From positions 79,607 to 143,606 of the forward strand of contig CAZWKR010000006.1 in NCBI GenBank assembly GCA_964634215.1: 64,000 nt of DNA, read 5' to 3'. Source of the DNA: an uncultured bacterium. GTDB taxonomy: Bacteria; Fidelibacterota; Marinisomatia; Marinisomatales; JAHJCW01. A program made the position numbers and the translations under genes. Below, in pieces: positions 56,013 through 64,000 of the stretch (positions are counted from its first letter, which is position 1; the number at the start of each line of letters is the position of its first letter). Below the pieces are notes generated by a model, which had not been told where the DNA came from, did not search any database, and saw only the letters and a program-made list of their open reading frames with translations.

Positions 56013-56390
56013 ATGACTAGTAAAATAATTATAATTACTGATGGAAAAAAGTCGGATATAAACTCAATATATCAATATCTAATCGATCATGGATATGAAG
56101 TTCTTGTTGCACATGATGGTGTTGGTGGTTTTAATCTCGTTAGAAAAGAGAAACCGGATCTTGTGCTAATAGATGCGGTGTTATCAGGTTTTAACGGTTA
56201 TCAAATTTGTAGTTTGCTAAAATTTGATATAAAGTATGAAGATATAGTAGTGGTGATACTATCTGATGGTGATGGACAAAAATATCAGCAATTAGCACAA
56301 AATAGTGGAGCTGACGGCATATTATTAAAACCAATAGATTTAAATGAACTTATAGGAATAGTGAAATCACTTAATTTTATTGAATCATGA
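56013..56390 (+). CDS. single-domain response regulator in the pilus cluster
   Basis: 125 aa. 'DLVLIDAVL', 'ILSD', 'ILLKP'. The N-terminal acidic pair is reduced ('ITDGK'). Confidence 0.7.
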   Translation: MTSKIIIITDGKKSDINSIYQYLIDHGYEVLVAHDGVGGFNLVRKEKPDLVLIDAVLSGFNGYQICSLLKFDIKYEDIVVVILSDGDGQKYQQLAQNSGADGILLKPIDLNELIGIVKSLNFIES

Positions 56391-57148
56391 CTGAAATATT
56401 AATAATAGTACTGGGACTATCAATTGGAAGTTTTTTAAACGTATGTATTTTTCGTATACCGAATAATGAATCTATTTCAAAACCTCGTTCTAGATGCCCT
56501 AAATGTAAGCATCAATTAAAATTCTGGGAAAATATCCCTGTGCTGAGTTATTTATTTTTAAGAGGTAAATGCTCTAGTTGCCACACTCGTATCTCACTAA
56601 GATATCCCCTAATTGAAATCTTAACTTCACTAGTATTTTTACTATTATATTACTATTATGGCTATACAATTAAAACGTTACTGCTGTGTGTTTTATTTAG
56701 TATCGTAATAATAATTACCTTTATTGACATTGATGTACAATTAATTCCGAATAAATTGTTACTATTAGGATTAATACCTGTCTCTATTTATATAATACTA
56801 TTTGCGTTAGATAATATATGGAGGTATTTATTAGGTGCCATTGGTTTAAGTGCTTTATTCTATTTAATTGGGTATCTCGGTAGAATTTTTTACAAAGAAG
56901 ATAGTATGGGCATGGGAGATGTTAAATACGCATTTTTAATCGGATTATTATTAGGATGGAAGAGTGGTCTATTGGCTCTAGGATTTTCATTTATATTTGC
57001 TTCTATAATTATTGTTCTTCTTTTTGTACAAAAAAAATTGAAATCGAAACAGAAAATTCCATTTGGTCCATTTATGAGTCTTGGTTTGCTGGCGAGTCTT
57101 ATTTGGGGTGAAAAAATAATTGAGTGGTACTTACACTTTTATAAATAG
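56387..57148 (+). CDS. pilD: prepilin peptidase / N-methyltransferase PilD (A24 family)
   Basis: 253 aa. 'CPKCKHQL...CSSCH' Zn motif, 'GMGDVKY', 'IPFGPF'. Confidence 0.9.
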   Translation: MTEILIIVLGLSIGSFLNVCIFRIPNNESISKPRSRCPKCKHQLKFWENIPVLSYLFLRGKCSSCHTRISLRYPLIEILTSLVFLLLYYYYGYTIKTLLLCVLFSIVIIITFIDIDVQLIPNKLLLLGLIPVSIYIILFALDNIWRYLLGAIGLSALFYLIGYLGRIFYKEDSMGMGDVKYAFLIGLLLGWKSGLLALGFSFIFASIIIVLLFVQKKLKSKQKIPFGPFMSLGLLASLIWGEKIIEWYLHFYK

Positions 57149-57164
57149 TAATTAATTGTGAGAT

Positions 57165-58832
57165 ATGATAACTGACAGGAAAAAAATTGGACAGCTCTTT
57201 GTTGAAGCTGGAATAATTGATGATACCAAGCTTGAAGAAGCGTTATTATATAAAAAACAACATAACGTTTATTTAGGAACAGCATTGATATCATTAAAGA
57301 TGGTAACTGAAAATGATGTTATTAAAATGGTAAGTCATCAACTTAGGATACCGTGGGTAGATCCATTAACATATAAAATTAAGAAAGAAACACTAAATTT
57401 AATTAGTGAGGCAACTGCAAAACGTCTAAATGTAATTCCATTATTTCACTTAGAAAATGAACTAACAGTGGCGTGCTTTGATCAAAACAATGTACAAATT
57501 ATAGATGAGCTTTCTGAAGAGACCGTAATGGAGATCAATGTAGTTTTAGCATCGGACCGGAATATACATCAAGCTATTGAGTTGCATCATAGAATTGAAA
57601 GTGTAGATGAATTGTCTGCATCTATATCAGAAAAACAATATTCCGGAGAAGGTGTAACTTCCCAAGAAATTGCTGTAGATGTTGAAATTATTGAAGCAGT
57701 AAATATGTTGATGGAGTCATCTATTAACATGGGTGCTAGTGATATTCATATTGATCCACGAGAAAACGATGTACGCGTAAGATTTAGGGTTGACGGTGTA
57801 TTAAATGAATACTATACTTTACCAATTGAATCACTCTCACCAATGATTTCCCGGATAAAAATTTTATCAGGAATGGATATAGCAGAAACACGTCGTACTC
57901 AAGATGGACGTTTTCGATACAAATTTGAAGATAAAGCTGCCGACATAAGGGCTGCTTCTTTTCCAACTCCGACAGGTGAAAAAATGGTCATGCGTATTTT
58001 GGATATTTCCAAAGGTCAAATTACCTTAGAAAAATTGGGATTGTCTGATAATATGTATAAACAATGGAACAAAGTCGCCAAGTTGCCGCATGGTTTAGTA
58101 CTAGTTACTGGACCTACGGGATCTGGTAAATCAACAACATTATATGCTTCACTAAATGTTATAAATTCAGTAGAAATCAATGTTTTAACTGTCGAAGATC
58201 CAATCGAATATCAAATAAATAATATTAATCAAAGTCAAATTAACGAAAAGGCCGGTGTTACGTTCTCATCTGCTTTACGAGCAATGCTTCGTTTAGATCC
58301 TGATGTCATAATGGTTGGTGAGATGAGAGATCGTGAGACAATAGAATTAGCAATACGAGCGGCATTAACAGGCCATATAGTATTTAGTACACTTCATACT
58401 AATGATTCCTCCTCAACCTATACAAGAATCTTAAATATGGGAGTTGATGCATTTTTAGTAAGTTCAACGGTTAGAGCAATATTAGCACAAAGATTAATTC
58501 GGCGATTATGTCCGAAATGCAAAAAAGCAGTAAAACCAACGGCGTCATTTAGGAAGAAATTAAATATACAGGATGATTACAATGGTGAATTGTTTAAACC
58601 TGTAGGTTGTACTGCCTGCCGTGATACTGGATACGCTGGTCGAGCCGGTGTATATGAATTATTAATTCCAGACGAAGAAATATCTGACCTAGTAAATAAA
58701 CATGCTACGGCAAGGGAAGTTGAGAAAGTAGCTATAAAAAATGGAATGGTTACTTTAAGTGAATCAGCCCGACAATATGTTTTGGATGGTGTTACTTCAA
58801 TAGAAGAAATGATGAGAATTTCATTAATTTAA
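57165..58832 (+). CDS. pilB: type IV pilus assembly ATPase PilB/GspE
   Basis: 555 aa. N-terminal T2SSE_N-like domain, 'VTGPTGSGKSTT', 'TVEDPIEY', tetracysteine 'CPKCKK...CTACRDTGY'. Confidence 0.9.
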   Translation: MITDRKKIGQLFVEAGIIDDTKLEEALLYKKQHNVYLGTALISLKMVTENDVIKMVSHQLRIPWVDPLTYKIKKETLNLISEATAKRLNVIPLFHLENELTVACFDQNNVQIIDELSEETVMEINVVLASDRNIHQAIELHHRIESVDELSASISEKQYSGEGVTSQEIAVDVEIIEAVNMLMESSINMGASDIHIDPRENDVRVRFRVDGVLNEYYTLPIESLSPMISRIKILSGMDIAETRRTQDGRFRYKFEDKAADIRAASFPTPTGEKMVMRILDISKGQITLEKLGLSDNMYKQWNKVAKLPHGLVLVTGPTGSGKSTTLYASLNVINSVEINVLTVEDPIEYQINNINQSQINEKAGVTFSSALRAMLRLDPDVIMVGEMRDRETIELAIRAALTGHIVFSTLHTNDSSSTYTRILNMGVDAFLVSSTVRAILAQRLIRRLCPKCKKAVKPTASFRKKLNIQDDYNGELFKPVGCTACRDTGYAGRAGVYELLIPDEEISDLVNKHATAREVEKVAIKNGMVTLSESARQYVLDGVTSIEEMMRISLI

Positions 58833-58842
58833 GTATAATAAT

Positions 58843-60228
58843 ATGAATTACATTTTTGGCATATCAACTGATCGTTCAAATGAGTATAAAGTTTTTGTAT
58901 CAGATATTTATAAATTGTTGTCTAACCACTCAAAAAAAATTAAGCAGGCATTTTCTCCGAATTCAATTTTATCCTACTTAGCTATTGATAACTATGATGC
59001 TATTGTTATTGATTGGAAAATATTGGTAGGAGAATATGAAACATTTCAGAGACAATTAAGGAAGTTAAATAATAGAATACCAATTATTATTATTAGTAAT
59101 GATGTCGAAATAGATCGTGAAATATTTACTGCAAGTTCATCGTTATTTAGAGTAATTCCACAATCAAAAGCAATCGAAAAAATTCCGATAATTCTAAATG
59201 ATATTCAACAATACTATAAGTTGATAAAAGAGTTTTCACCTGCTGCCAATGAATGTCTAAGACCAAATGGTTTCAATACAATTATAGGTAATTCCAATGT
59301 AATGTTACAAGTGTATCGACAGTTAGCAAGAGTAGCACAAACTGATTTTACTACTCTTGTTCTTGGTAATAGCGGTAGTGGTAAAGAATTGATGGCTAAA
59401 ACAATTCATGAGTTAAGTCTAAGAAGTAACCAGAATTTGGTATCGCTCAATTGTGCAGCAATTCCATCTACTTTACAAGAAAGTGAATTGTTCGGATTTG
59501 AAAAAGGTGCATTTACCGGTGCAGACAGTGTTAAAGAGGGAAAGTTTGAATTATCCAATAACAGTACATTGTTCTTAGATGAAATTGGCGATATGCCGCT
59601 TGATCTACAGGCAAAATTGTTAAGAGTATTGGAAGATGGAACATTCACGCGCTTGGGAAGCATTAAAGAAAAGAAGGTGGATGTACGCTATATTGCAGCA
59701 ACAAATCGTAACCTACGAAGTATGATAAAAGAAAAAAGTTTCAGATCTGATTTGTTTTATAGGCTAAATGTAATTCCAATCGAATTACCACAATTAGTGG
59801 ACAGAGGTGATGATATAGTTTTGTTATGTTTTAAGCTAATAGGTGAAATGTTAGAAAAAAGCTCACTTCCTATTAAATCCATATCGTGGGAATTAATAGA
59901 TGCTATAAAAGTATTGCCTTTCTATGGAAATATTAGACAATTAGAAAATGTATTAACTAGAATATTATTTTATTCTACAGGAACAACTCTTGATAAAAAA
60001 GTCTTAGTTGAAGTTGATGTTGATGTTGTAACGGATCCAGTAGATACTACAATTAATTTCAATGATGAGGTAGAGGGTAATATCTTACCAATGTGGAAAA
60101 TAGAGAAAATTGTAATCGAGAATGCCCTTAAGGTATATCATAGAAATTTATCTAAAATAGCAACAGCATTAGAGATCTCACGATCAGCTTTATACAGAAA
60201 ATTAAAAAAATATGATTTAGAGGATTAA
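58843..60228 (+). CDS. sigma-54-dependent transcriptional activator (PilR-like, atypical receiver)
   Basis: 461 aa. 'GNSGSGKELMAK', 'ESELFGFEKGAFTGA', C-terminal HTH 'IATALEISRSALYRKLKKY'. Confidence 0.85.
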   Translation: MNYIFGISTDRSNEYKVFVSDIYKLLSNHSKKIKQAFSPNSILSYLAIDNYDAIVIDWKILVGEYETFQRQLRKLNNRIPIIIISNDVEIDREIFTASSSLFRVIPQSKAIEKIPIILNDIQQYYKLIKEFSPAANECLRPNGFNTIIGNSNVMLQVYRQLARVAQTDFTTLVLGNSGSGKELMAKTIHELSLRSNQNLVSLNCAAIPSTLQESELFGFEKGAFTGADSVKEGKFELSNNSTLFLDEIGDMPLDLQAKLLRVLEDGTFTRLGSIKEKKVDVRYIAATNRNLRSMIKEKSFRSDLFYRLNVIPIELPQLVDRGDDIVLLCFKLIGEMLEKSSLPIKSISWELIDAIKVLPFYGNIRQLENVLTRILFYSTGTTLDKKVLVEVDVDVVTDPVDTTINFNDEVEGNILPMWKIEKIVIENALKVYHRNLSKIATALEISRSALYRKLKKYDLED

Positions 60229-60285
60229 ATTATATAAAATTGTTTTATAATTGAATGTTCAAAATAACTACATAAATATATAAAA

Positions 60286-61497
60286 ATGCCTCAGTATAAT
60301 TGCAAATTAATTACTGCAAATGGAGATGTAGTGGAAGATGTTTATGAAGCAAATTCCGCTGCTGAATTAAAACACACAGTAATTAAACGTGATGAATGTC
60401 CAATTTCTATTAAAAGAATTCGACAGCCATTGTTTAAAGCAAATTTTAAAGACAGATTTTACAGAATTAAACCCCAAGATCTTGAAAACTTTACTTCCCA
60501 ATTAGTTGTTATGTTGAAGGCAGGTGTTCCATTAGTAAAAAGTTTAGAAACTGTCGTACAACAATTTGAATCGGACAATTTCAGAAATATCATTTTAGAT
60601 ATTATTGAAAAAGTAAATCAGGGTGTCGAGTTTTCCAAAGCGCTGAATAATTATCCAAAAGTATTTAACGCTCTATATGTGAATATGGTGAGAGTGGGTG
60701 AAACCACTGGATCAATGGATGAAATTCTAGATCATATACGTAGTTTCTTACATCATGATATTGCTGTTAAACGCAAGATTAAATCAGCCATGCGTTATCC
60801 AATTATAGTACTATCAATATTAGTATTAGCTTTTGTAGCTGCCATTGGTTTTATTATGCCAAGATTTGCTGAAATGTTTACAAATGCAGGGGTAGCGTTA
60901 CCATTACCAACAAGAGCATTAATCTTTCTAAGTATAATGATTACAAAATATTGGTTCGTTACCTTTTGGGTTGTATTAATTGTTATCATTTCTATACGTT
61001 TTTATACCCAGCGGCCTGCTGGGGCATATCGTTTTGATGCAATAAAATTAGCTATGCCGGTATTCAAAGATATCGTTTTGCAATCAACATTAGCGCGGTT
61101 TGCACATATTTTAGAAACATTAAGTCGAAGTGGTATAAAAATTGTACGGGCTCTTGAGATCGTGGAGCAGACTCTTGGTAATCGTGTTATTGCTAAAGAC
61201 ATAGCTTATGCACGTGAAGAGGTTATTAAAGGAGTTCCCATTGCTGATGCTCTATCAAAAAGTAAGCATATACCCGCAATGACAATCATGATGATTGGTA
61301 CTGGCGAACAATCAGGAGCGTTGGATGATATGTTGCTTAACATTGCCGAACAATATGATGTGTCTGTAAAAACAAAAATTGATGGTCTTGCATCAGCTAT
61401 TGAGCCGTTATTAACAATAGTTATAGGAGTTTTCTTGTTAATATTTGCATTGTCTATATTCTTACCAATGTGGAAGATGATTGATATTGTAAAATAA
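60286..61497 (+). CDS. pilC: type IV pilus platform protein PilC/GspF
   Basis: 403 aa. Duplicated T2SSF domains, 3 TM segments, 'MIGTGEQSGALDDML'. Confidence 0.9.
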   Translation: MPQYNCKLITANGDVVEDVYEANSAAELKHTVIKRDECPISIKRIRQPLFKANFKDRFYRIKPQDLENFTSQLVVMLKAGVPLVKSLETVVQQFESDNFRNIILDIIEKVNQGVEFSKALNNYPKVFNALYVNMVRVGETTGSMDEILDHIRSFLHHDIAVKRKIKSAMRYPIIVLSILVLAFVAAIGFIMPRFAEMFTNAGVALPLPTRALIFLSIMITKYWFVTFWVVLIVIISIRFYTQRPAGAYRFDAIKLAMPVFKDIVLQSTLARFAHILETLSRSGIKIVRALEIVEQTLGNRVIAKDIAYAREEVIKGVPIADALSKSKHIPAMTIMMIGTGEQSGALDDMLLNIAEQYDVSVKTKIDGLASAIEPLLTIVIGVFLLIFALSIFLPMWKMIDIVK

Positions 61498-61507
61498 TAT
61501 ATTTTAA

Positions 61508-62002
61508 ATGCTTGCTATAAATAAAAATATTAAAAATATGTGGAATGATGGATTTGCTTTAATTGAGTTAGTAATAGTGATAATGATTATAAGCATTATT
61601 TCTATTATTTCATATCCAAGGTTCGCAAATACTGTACAGAGTATGAATTTGAGAGTTGCTACCGACAAATTAGCAGATGATTTACGGTATGTTAATAACT
61701 ATGCAGTGACTAATCACGTAAATACTTGGTTTGCGATTGATTTAGGCAATAATAGTTACAGTTATGGTGTTTATAATACGCCACCAAATTCTGATCCGGT
61801 GGTTCTGACTGATCCAGCAACAAATCAATCGGCTATAATAAATTTGGATGATTACAATGGTGTTACAATTACTGCTGAGTCATTAGGAGGTGGATTTGAT
61901 TACGATTGGTGGGGTACGCCTTCTTCCGGTGGGCAAATAACCTTAAATGGTACACGGATCATTGTTATAGAAGAAGAAACTGGATATGTTTATGAATTAT
62001 AA
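61508..62002 (+). CDS. minor pilin, GspH/FimT-like
   Basis: 164 aa. Prepilin signal 'NDG/FALIELVIVIMIIS'. Confidence 0.7.
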   Translation: MLAINKNIKNMWNDGFALIELVIVIMIISIISIISYPRFANTVQSMNLRVATDKLADDLRYVNNYAVTNHVNTWFAIDLGNNSYSYGVYNTPPNSDPVVLTDPATNQSAIINLDDYNGVTITAESLGGGFDYDWWGTPSSGGQITLNGTRIIVIEEETGYVYEL

Positions 62003-62477
62003 AAAAAACCAATCCGGTTTCACACTAATTGACACAATAATTGGAATTGTAATAATTAGTTTTGTTTTAACAGGTATACTTTTTGTGATAATTGATTTAA
62101 ATGTTAAAAGTGTAAGAAATGAAACCATTGCAAAAGGTACAGCCTATGCAAATTCTGTAATGAATTATATCCGTGCTCACAGATTTGATGAGAATTATAA
62201 TACATCAGGTATGCCATGGACGTATCCACTAGGGCAAGATAGTGGTGATTATGATGATATAGATGATTATATTGGAGCAGATTGGTCAATTATACCGGGT
62301 TATGCTGATGTTGGTTACCAAGCAACATCAAATGTATTTTATGTTGATCATCTTGTAAATTTATTGGATGCGTGTGTGTATGCTACTCATTATAAACGAA
62401 TAATTGTTACTGTTAGCCATGAAAATTTGCCTAATACTATAGTATTAACTTCAATTATGACAGCTCATGGAAATTAG
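61986..62477 (+). CDS. minor pilin, PilV/GspI-like
   Basis: 163 aa. 'QSG/FTLIDTIIGIVIIS' (Asp in place of Glu5). Confidence 0.6.
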   Translation: MFMNYKKNQSGFTLIDTIIGIVIISFVLTGILFVIIDLNVKSVRNETIAKGTAYANSVMNYIRAHRFDENYNTSGMPWTYPLGQDSGDYDDIDDYIGADWSIIPGYADVGYQATSNVFYVDHLVNLLDACVYATHYKRIIVTVSHENLPNTIVLTSIMTAHGN

Positions 62478-62997
62478 GGAAATAAAAAAACATTTTACGT
62501 ACAAACATGACAGATCAAACGGTTTTACATTGATTGAGTTAGTTGTTGCAATGGTTATTGTTGGAATAATAGCTAGTTTATTGGTTATTTATATAATGGG
62601 TAGTACAGAAGCATTTGGTAGAGTTCAATCTAGAAAATCATTAATCATTGATGCTACTTCTTGTCTTAAAAAATTTAATCGGGAAGCCGGATCGACGTAT
62701 AATATTTTTACGGCTACCGCCACAAATATCCAGTTTACGACTACACTGGATACAAATGTAGTTATTGATTATGAAATAAATAATGATGGAACCTTTACCA
62801 GGAGATTAGGATCAGGTAATAAGGAATTATTAGCAAGAAACGTCGACTTTAATAATAGTTATTTTAATTATTATGATGTTAACGATAATGTCGCGACGCC
62901 TATTAGGCGTATCAGATTATCGCTATTATTCAGTAGGAATAATGAATCTACCCGTTTTACAGCAGATGTATCTCCCGAAACATTGAGAGATCAATAA
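62467..62997 (+). CDS. minor pilin, PilW/GspJ-like
   Basis: 176 aa. 'SNG/FTLIELVVAMVIVGII'. Confidence 0.6.
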   Translation: MEIREIKKHFTYKHDRSNGFTLIELVVAMVIVGIIASLLVIYIMGSTEAFGRVQSRKSLIIDATSCLKKFNREAGSTYNIFTATATNIQFTTTLDTNVVIDYEINNDGTFTRRLGSGNKELLARNVDFNNSYFNYYDVNDNVATPIRRIRLSLLFSRNNESTRFTADVSPETLRDQ

Positions 62998-63017
62998 TTA
63001 ATTATTTGGAGTGAACG

Positions 63018-63968
63018 ATGAGAGTGATAAGAAACGAAAGAGGATTTGTTGTCTCAGTTACTGCAATTATTATTGCTGTAATTCTTGGGTTATTGGTGTT
63101 ATACTTTTCAAATTCAATTTCGTTGAATGTTACAAGTTCGGCAAATAATTATTCGAGTTCACAGGCTCGCTGGACAGCAGTTTCTGGTATCGAATATATT
63201 ATAATGCAACTTTCGGATGGTTTGGACGATATAGCAGGTACTTATCCTTTCTATAACAGTGATATTATAATTGACACAACAACAATAGATCCTGTTAATC
63301 AGGTTATACTGATTACTTCTAAGGGCACACACTCTAGCAGTAATAGAATTTTGTCCTTAAATGTTATGCCAACTCCTTCTGATACACTGCTAGAAGAGGG
63401 ATTTGAAGATGATGATGGTTTTGAATATAGTCCAGATGGAGTTGGACCGGGAGCACGCTATTGGGGGTTTACATGTGATGGTGAAGTACCAAATGGTATT
63501 ATTCCACATTTTGTATTGACTGGAGCAGATAGCTGTTTTTTCTTTGGTACAAAAGTTCAAAACAATAGCAATTTAGTTTTTGAACCTGTAGCAACAGAAG
63601 AGGATCAAGATTTTATGTTAACATTATCCTTAGCTGCAGGTGTTGATATATTCAATGAGAGCAAACAAAGTGATTTTCAAACAGGAGATTATTTAGAATT
63701 TTTTATTAATGGTATCTTAGTTGAGCGTTGGCAAGGTGTGAGCATTGGTCCAATGACCCCTACTGTTGGTAATGCCACTGAGGATTTGACGCCAAACTTT
63801 GAAGATTTCACTTTCAATTTAACCCAAATTATTGGAGCAGTAGATACAATGCAGCTTAGAATCGAGGGTAAAACAAATAAATCAACTAAATATCTTGGAA
63901 TTGAAGGTATAAGCTTATTGGGCTTAGGTGGTTTTACCGTTCTAACAGCTGGTTATACAGAAATTTAA
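63018..63968 (+). CDS. PilX/GspK-like minor pilin with extended C-terminal domain
   Basis: 316 aa. 'ERG/FVVSVTAIIIAVILGLLVL' (no Glu5). The C-terminal ~200 aa are unassigned. Confidence 0.5.
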   Translation: MRVIRNERGFVVSVTAIIIAVILGLLVLYFSNSISLNVTSSANNYSSSQARWTAVSGIEYIIMQLSDGLDDIAGTYPFYNSDIIIDTTTIDPVNQVILITSKGTHSSSNRILSLNVMPTPSDTLLEEGFEDDDGFEYSPDGVGPGARYWGFTCDGEVPNGIIPHFVLTGADSCFFFGTKVQNNSNLVFEPVATEEDQDFMLTLSLAAGVDIFNESKQSDFQTGDYLEFFINGILVERWQGVSIGPMTPTVGNATEDLTPNFEDFTFNLTQIIGAVDTMQLRIEGKTNKSTKYLGIEGISLLGLGGFTVLTAGYTEI

Positions 63969-64000
63969 AAGGAAAATATTATGCAATTAATTATTACAAT

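Noticed and set aside
1-64000. Looked for transposases, integrases, IS inverted repeats, prophage genes and CRISPR arrays.
   Set aside because: No ORF shows DDE, tyrosine- or serine-recombinase motifs or phage structural motifs, and no repeat-spacer array is present. Only the tRNA-fragment relic hints at past mobility.

Overview
AT-rich, gene-dense bacterial chromosomal window. It reads as an anaerobic, selenium-using organism. A Fibrobacter-type paralogous domain and TSP3-repeat lipoproteins suggest FCB-group affinity, but this cannot be verified here. Order of contents: (1) a partial dCMP deaminase and a complete IscR/Rrf2-controlled suf Fe-S assembly operon (1-6817). (2) Malate dehydrogenase plus a eukaryote-like citrate synthase (7049-9272). 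(3) A ~9.4 kb tightly packed minus-strand cluster (9458-18818): two-CW Cys-rich protein, OorDABC-order 2-oxoacid:ferredoxin oxidoreductase, GltD-like NAD(P)H oxidoreductase fused to ferredoxin and MvhD domains, HdrC/B-like CCG protein, HdrA-MvhD fusion and a 47-aa FmdB-type zinc ribbon. This is my best candidate for an undescribed electron-bifurcating/confurcating system wired to a 2-oxoacid oxidoreductase. (4) A mixed accessory stretch (19083-30350): Zn-ribbon-Nudix-sensor fusion, methyltransferase, TSP3-repeat lipoprotein, PNPOx-UbiA fusion with TetR, solitary HNH nuclease, YitT, selD and an orphan protein. (5) A second, two-subunit KorAB oxidoreductase plus class I fumarase (30640-34998). 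(6) Envelope and housekeeping genes, then tRNA-His and tRNA-Pro (36000-42124). (7) A ~3.8 kb segment ending in a decayed tRNA-like fragment. (8) A large MSHA-like type IV pilus cluster (47513-63968). Two things the ORF track hides: the two hdrA ORFs are one gene read through an in-frame UGA with a SECIS-like hairpin, and selD extends 90 nt upstream through an in-frame UGA at the catalytic Cys/Sec position. No CRISPR array, transposase or integrase was seen. All family calls rest on motif recognition by eye; no searches were run.
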